Positions 60,663 to 64,000 of a DNA stretch of 64,000 nucleotides are shown here, piece after piece. The stretch lies in the NCBI GenBank assembly GCA_963752475.1, contig CAVVYR010000004.1:64001-128000 (forward strand). The letters run 5' to 3'. The position numbers were made by a program, and so were the translations under genes. Every line of letters starts with the position of its first letter. The stretch's first letter is position 1. The DNA comes from an uncultured Chloroflexia bacterium (GTDB lineage Bacteria; Chloroflexota; Limnocylindria; Limnocylindrales; CSP1-4). The notes below the pieces were generated by a model. That model saw nothing but the letters and a program-made list of their open reading frames with translations. It was not told the origin of the DNA and did no database searches.

Positions 60663-62145
60663 ATGCCCAACGAACCGCTCATCCTGGCCATCGACCAGGG
60701 CACCACCAACACCAAGGCCATTCTCGTGGACCACGAGGGCTCGGTCGTGGCACAGGCCTCACGACCGATGGATATCGAGTACCCCCGGCCGGGCTGGGTG
60801 CAGCAGGACGCCGCTGCCATCTGGACTGCCGTGCGCGAATGTGTCGACGAGGTCCTCCGATCGGCCGGCTCCCCTACCCTGGCCGGTATCGGTATCTCCA
60901 ACCAGCGCGAGTCGGGCGTGGCCTGGGACGCCACCACGGGCGACCCCGTCGGCCCGGTCGTCACCTGGCAGTGCCGCCGGTCGGCGGAGCTGTGCGACTG
61001 GCTGCGCGGCGCCGGACGTGCGACCGAGATCCAGGAGCGGACGGGCTTGCCGCTCGACCCCGGGTTCACCGCGGGCAAGTGGCGCTGGCTCCTCGATGAG
61101 GCATCCGATGGTGCAGCACGGGCGGCGGCCGGCGAGATCCGGCTGGGCACGGTCGACAGTTGGGTGCTCTGGAACCTGACCGGTGGCGCGATCCACGCGA
61201 CCGATGCCAGCAACGCCTCGCGCACGCAGCTGATGGACCTCGCAGGCGTGGCCTGGGATCCATGGCTGGCGGAGGCGTTCGGTGTCCCGTCGCCGCTCTG
61301 CCCGGAGATCCGCCCGTCGAGGCGCCGATTTCGGGGAGACCGTGGCCGTCGGAGCGCTGTCGGCTGGGGTGGCGGTGGGTTCGCTGGTCGGTGACTCACA
61401 TGCCGCACTCTTCGGCCATGCCGGGTTCGAGCCCGGAGCGATCAAGGCCACCTACGGCACCGGCTCGTCGCTGATGATGCCCACGCCGATGATGCTCAGG
61501 TCCGATACCGGTCTCGCCGCCACCGTGGCCTGGGGTCTCGATGCGACGACCTACGCCCTCGAGGGCAACATCAACGTCACCGGGGCCGCCCTGCAATGGG
61601 CGGCCGACTTCCTGGGGCTGGAGGGATCGGCCGCGGTGGCGGCCCTGGCCGAGGGCGTCGAGTCAAACGAGGGCGTCTACCTTGTGCCGGCCTTCACCGG
61701 CCTGGGCGCGCCGCACTGGGACGACCAGGCGCGTGGCCTCGTGAGCGGACTGACCCGCGGCACGTCGGGCGGCCACCTGGCGCGTGCAGCTATCGAGTCG
61801 GTGGCCTACCAGGTGCGTGACGTCTTCGAGGCCATGCAGTCATCGGCCGGGGGCGCACTGACGGTGTTGATGGCCGATGGTGGCCCAACGCGGAACGAAC
61901 AGCTGATGCAGTTCCAGGCGGACATCGTCGGTGTGCCGGTGCAGCGCAACGACACAGCCGAGCTGTCAGGCATGGGCGCGGCCTACCTGGCCGGCCTGGC
62001 GACGGGCGTCTGGTCCTCTACGGACGAGCTCGCGGCCCTGCCGCGCTCGATCAAGCGCTTCGAGCCGATCATGGAGTCGGCCAAGCGTGACGAGCTCGTG
62101 GCCGGTTGGCAGGACGCAGTCGCTCGTACGACGTTGCACCCGTAG
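60663..62145 (+). CDS. FGGY kinase, glycerol kinase-like (probable apulose kinase); frameshift near 61322
   Basis: AIDQGTTNTK, SNQRES, WQCRRS, TDASNASRT, GDSHAALFG, KATYGTG. Confidence 0.8.
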
Positions 62146-62218
62146 CTCCTGTCGCGGTCGATGCTCCGGCGACCGCTGGCCTCGGGCGCGCAGCGCCGTC
62201 GCCGGACAGGTGCGCCGG

Positions 62219-62248
62219 TTGACATATGCAGTGCTGCATCGCTATGCT
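62219..62248 (+). promoter_or_regulatory. sigma70 promoter with an operator in the spacer
   Basis: TTGACA-18 nt-TATGCT; palindrome ATGCAG-TG-CTGCAT at 62226-62239. Confidence 0.7.
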
Positions 62249-62318
62249 GATTGCGTGTTCATGCGATAGTGAATAGACATGCGGCCACACCAGCGCCACC
62301 ATCATCGCAGGGAGAGGG

Positions 62319-63179
62319 ATGAGGACGGAGACCACGTCCGGGGCCGACCCGGCCGGACTCGCAGACGAGCTGCGGCAACGCGCCATCGACGTGCGCCTGC
62401 GTGACCTACGCATGGTCAAGAGCGCGGGCCTCGGGCACGTCGGCGGTGAGTTCAGTGCGATCGACATCCTCGTCACGCTCTACTTCGGAGGGGTCCTGCG
62501 ACACGACCCCAGTAACCCGAACGACCCTGATCGCGACCGCTTCGTGCTCTCCAAGGGCCACTCCGCGGCCGCGCTCTACACCACGCTGGCCATGGCCGGC
62601 TACTTCGACGAATCGGAACTCGAAACATTCCTCGCGCCGATGTCGCGGCTCAACGGTCATCCCGACCGCAACAAGGTCCCGGGCGTCGAGACCAACACGG
62701 GCCCGCTGGGCCACGGCTTCCCGGTGGCGGTCGGTATCGCGATCTCGGGCGCCATGGACGGAGCCGACCGACGGACGTTCGTGCTCACCGGCGACGGTGA
62801 GCTGCAGGAGGGCTCGATGTGGGAGGCCGCCATGTCCGCGGCCCACTACGAGCTCGCCAAGCTCACCTGCATCGTCGATCGCAACCGTCTGCAGCAGGGC
62901 GACCGCACAGAGACCACGATGGGCCTGGACCCGCTGCCCGAGAAGTTCGAGGCCTTCGGCTGGGCCGTGCGTGAGGTCGACGGCAACGATCCCGCAGCGC
63001 TGCTGGACGTGTTCGCTGCCCTCCCCTTCGAGCCGGACAAGCCCAACTGCATCATCGCCAACACGACCAAGGGCAAGGGCGTGTCCTTCATCGAAGACCG
63101 CGCCGCCTGGCATCACCGTATCCCGAGCGACGAGGAGTTCGAGCAGGCCGTGGCCGAGCTGGAAGGGAGCCGGGCATGA
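62319..63179 (+). CDS. transketolase N-terminal subunit (AptA-like)
   Basis: GHVGG, LSKGH, GPLGHG, GDGELQEG..N ThDP motif. Confidence 0.9.
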   Translation: MRTETTSGADPAGLADELRQRAIDVRLRDLRMVKSAGLGHVGGEFSAIDILVTLYFGGVLRHDPSNPNDPDRDRFVLSKGHSAAALYTTLAMAGYFDESELETFLAPMSRLNGHPDRNKVPGVETNTGPLGHGFPVAVGIAISGAMDGADRRTFVLTGDGELQEGSMWEAAMSAAHYELAKLTCIVDRNRLQQGDRTETTMGLDPLPEKFEAFGWAVREVDGNDPAALLDVFAALPFEPDKPNCIIANTTKGKGVSFIEDRAAWHHRIPSDEEFEQAVAELEGSRA

Positions 63180-64000
63180 CCGCAGAAGCCACCGTGAAGC
63201 TGTACGACTGCCGCGATGCCTTCGCCGACACGCTCGTCCAGCTGGCCCAGGCGGACCCGCGCGTGGTCGCGGTGGTCAACGATTCGCTGGGCTCGACCAA
63301 GGTCGGCAAGCTCGACAAGGTCCTGCCCGGGCAGGTCGTCAACGTCGGAATCGCCGAGCAGAACATGGTCGGCATCGGTGCGGGCCTGGCCAATGGCGGC
63401 AAGATCCCCTTCGTCAGCGGCGCCAGCCCCTTCCTCACCGCTCGCGCGCTGGAGCAGATCAAGGTCGATGCCGCCTACAGCGGCGCCAACGTGAAGCTCG
63501 TCGGCGTGAGCAGCGGCGTGGCCTACGGCGAGCTGGGCCCGACCCATCACTCCATCGAGGACATCGCCTGGACCCGCGCCATCGACCGGCTCGTGGTCAT
63601 CGTGCCCGCCGACCCGGTCGAGACGGCGCAAGCCATCCGCGCCGCCTACGAGTACGACGGCCCCGTCTTCGTGCGCACCAGCCGCATCGGCGTGCCCATC
63701 GTCCACGCCGAGGACTATCGCTTCGAGATCGGGAGATCCGTACGTCTGCGTGACGGCGTTGACGTGACCATCATCGCCAATGGCGTCGTCGTGACCCGTG
63801 CGCTGGCAGCCGCCGACAGACTCGCAGCCGAGGGGATCGAGGCACGGGTCATCAACATGGCCACCGTCGCACCCATCGATCGCGAGGCCATCGTGGCGGC
63901 CGCCAGCGAGACCCGGGGCATCGTCACCGTCGAGGAGGCCATCGTGCACGGCGGTCTCGGCGGCGCCGTGGCGGAGGTCGTGGTGGAGGAAGTCCCGGTA
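63176..64000 (+). CDS. transketolase C-terminal subunit (AptB-like), truncated by window end
   Basis: ATGA overlap; NVGIAEQNMVG, GPTHHSIED, VTVEE. Confidence 0.9.
   Translation, partial: MTAEATVKLYDCRDAFADTLVQLAQADPRVVAVVNDSLGSTKVGKLDKVLPGQVVNVGIAEQNMVGIGAGLANGGKIPFVSGASPFLTARALEQIKVDAAYSGANVKLVGVSSGVAYGELGPTHHSIEDIAWTRAIDRLVVIVPADPVETAQAIRAAYEYDGPVFVRTSRIGVPIVHAEDYRFEIGRSVRLRDGVDVTIIANGVVVTRALAAADRLAAEGIEARVINMATVAPIDREAIVAAASETRGIVTVEEAIVHGGLGGAVAEVVVEEVPV

Overview
A 64 kb stretch of high-GC bacterial chromosome. Gene content and style suggest an uncultured Chloroflexota- or Actinobacteria-like organism (inference only). About 60 genes are present; no rRNA, tRNA or CRISPR array is visible. 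In order, the window holds: (i) a hydrolase, an adenylate cyclase, degenerate hydrogenase-maturation genes and paired MFS transporters (0-8.7 kb); (ii) a nuclease/defence block with two coupled TM0106/RecB-like nucleases, an AspBHI/Mrr-like remnant and a SauUSI-like PLD-helicase (8.8-17.8 kb); (iii) a toxin-antitoxin-rich island with a MerB-like lyase coupled to paralogous SAM methyltransferases (19.7-26.5 kb); (iv) three ECF sigma / membrane-anchored beta-helix anti-sigma pairs plus one free beta-helix protein (26.5-34.8 kb); (v) purine catabolism genes (guaD, xanthine dehydrogenase-like subunits, mocA); (vi) a YyaL/SPATA20-family gene split in two with a sulfotransferase gene coupled between the halves (47.3-50.2 kb); (vii) a cupredoxin, a LuxR-AAA regulator, an orphan DNA methyltransferase, bactofilin, aroE and a probable apiose/apulose kinase-transketolase set. 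Non-coding features include two copies of a ~145 bp CTAG-bounded hairpin element, an operator ahead of every TA module, a shared ECF-type promoter motif, and many leaderless-type promoters, one of them bidirectional. About a dozen genes carry small frameshifts that look like long-read sequencing errors rather than biology. All family assignments come from motif recognition by eye; no database search was run.
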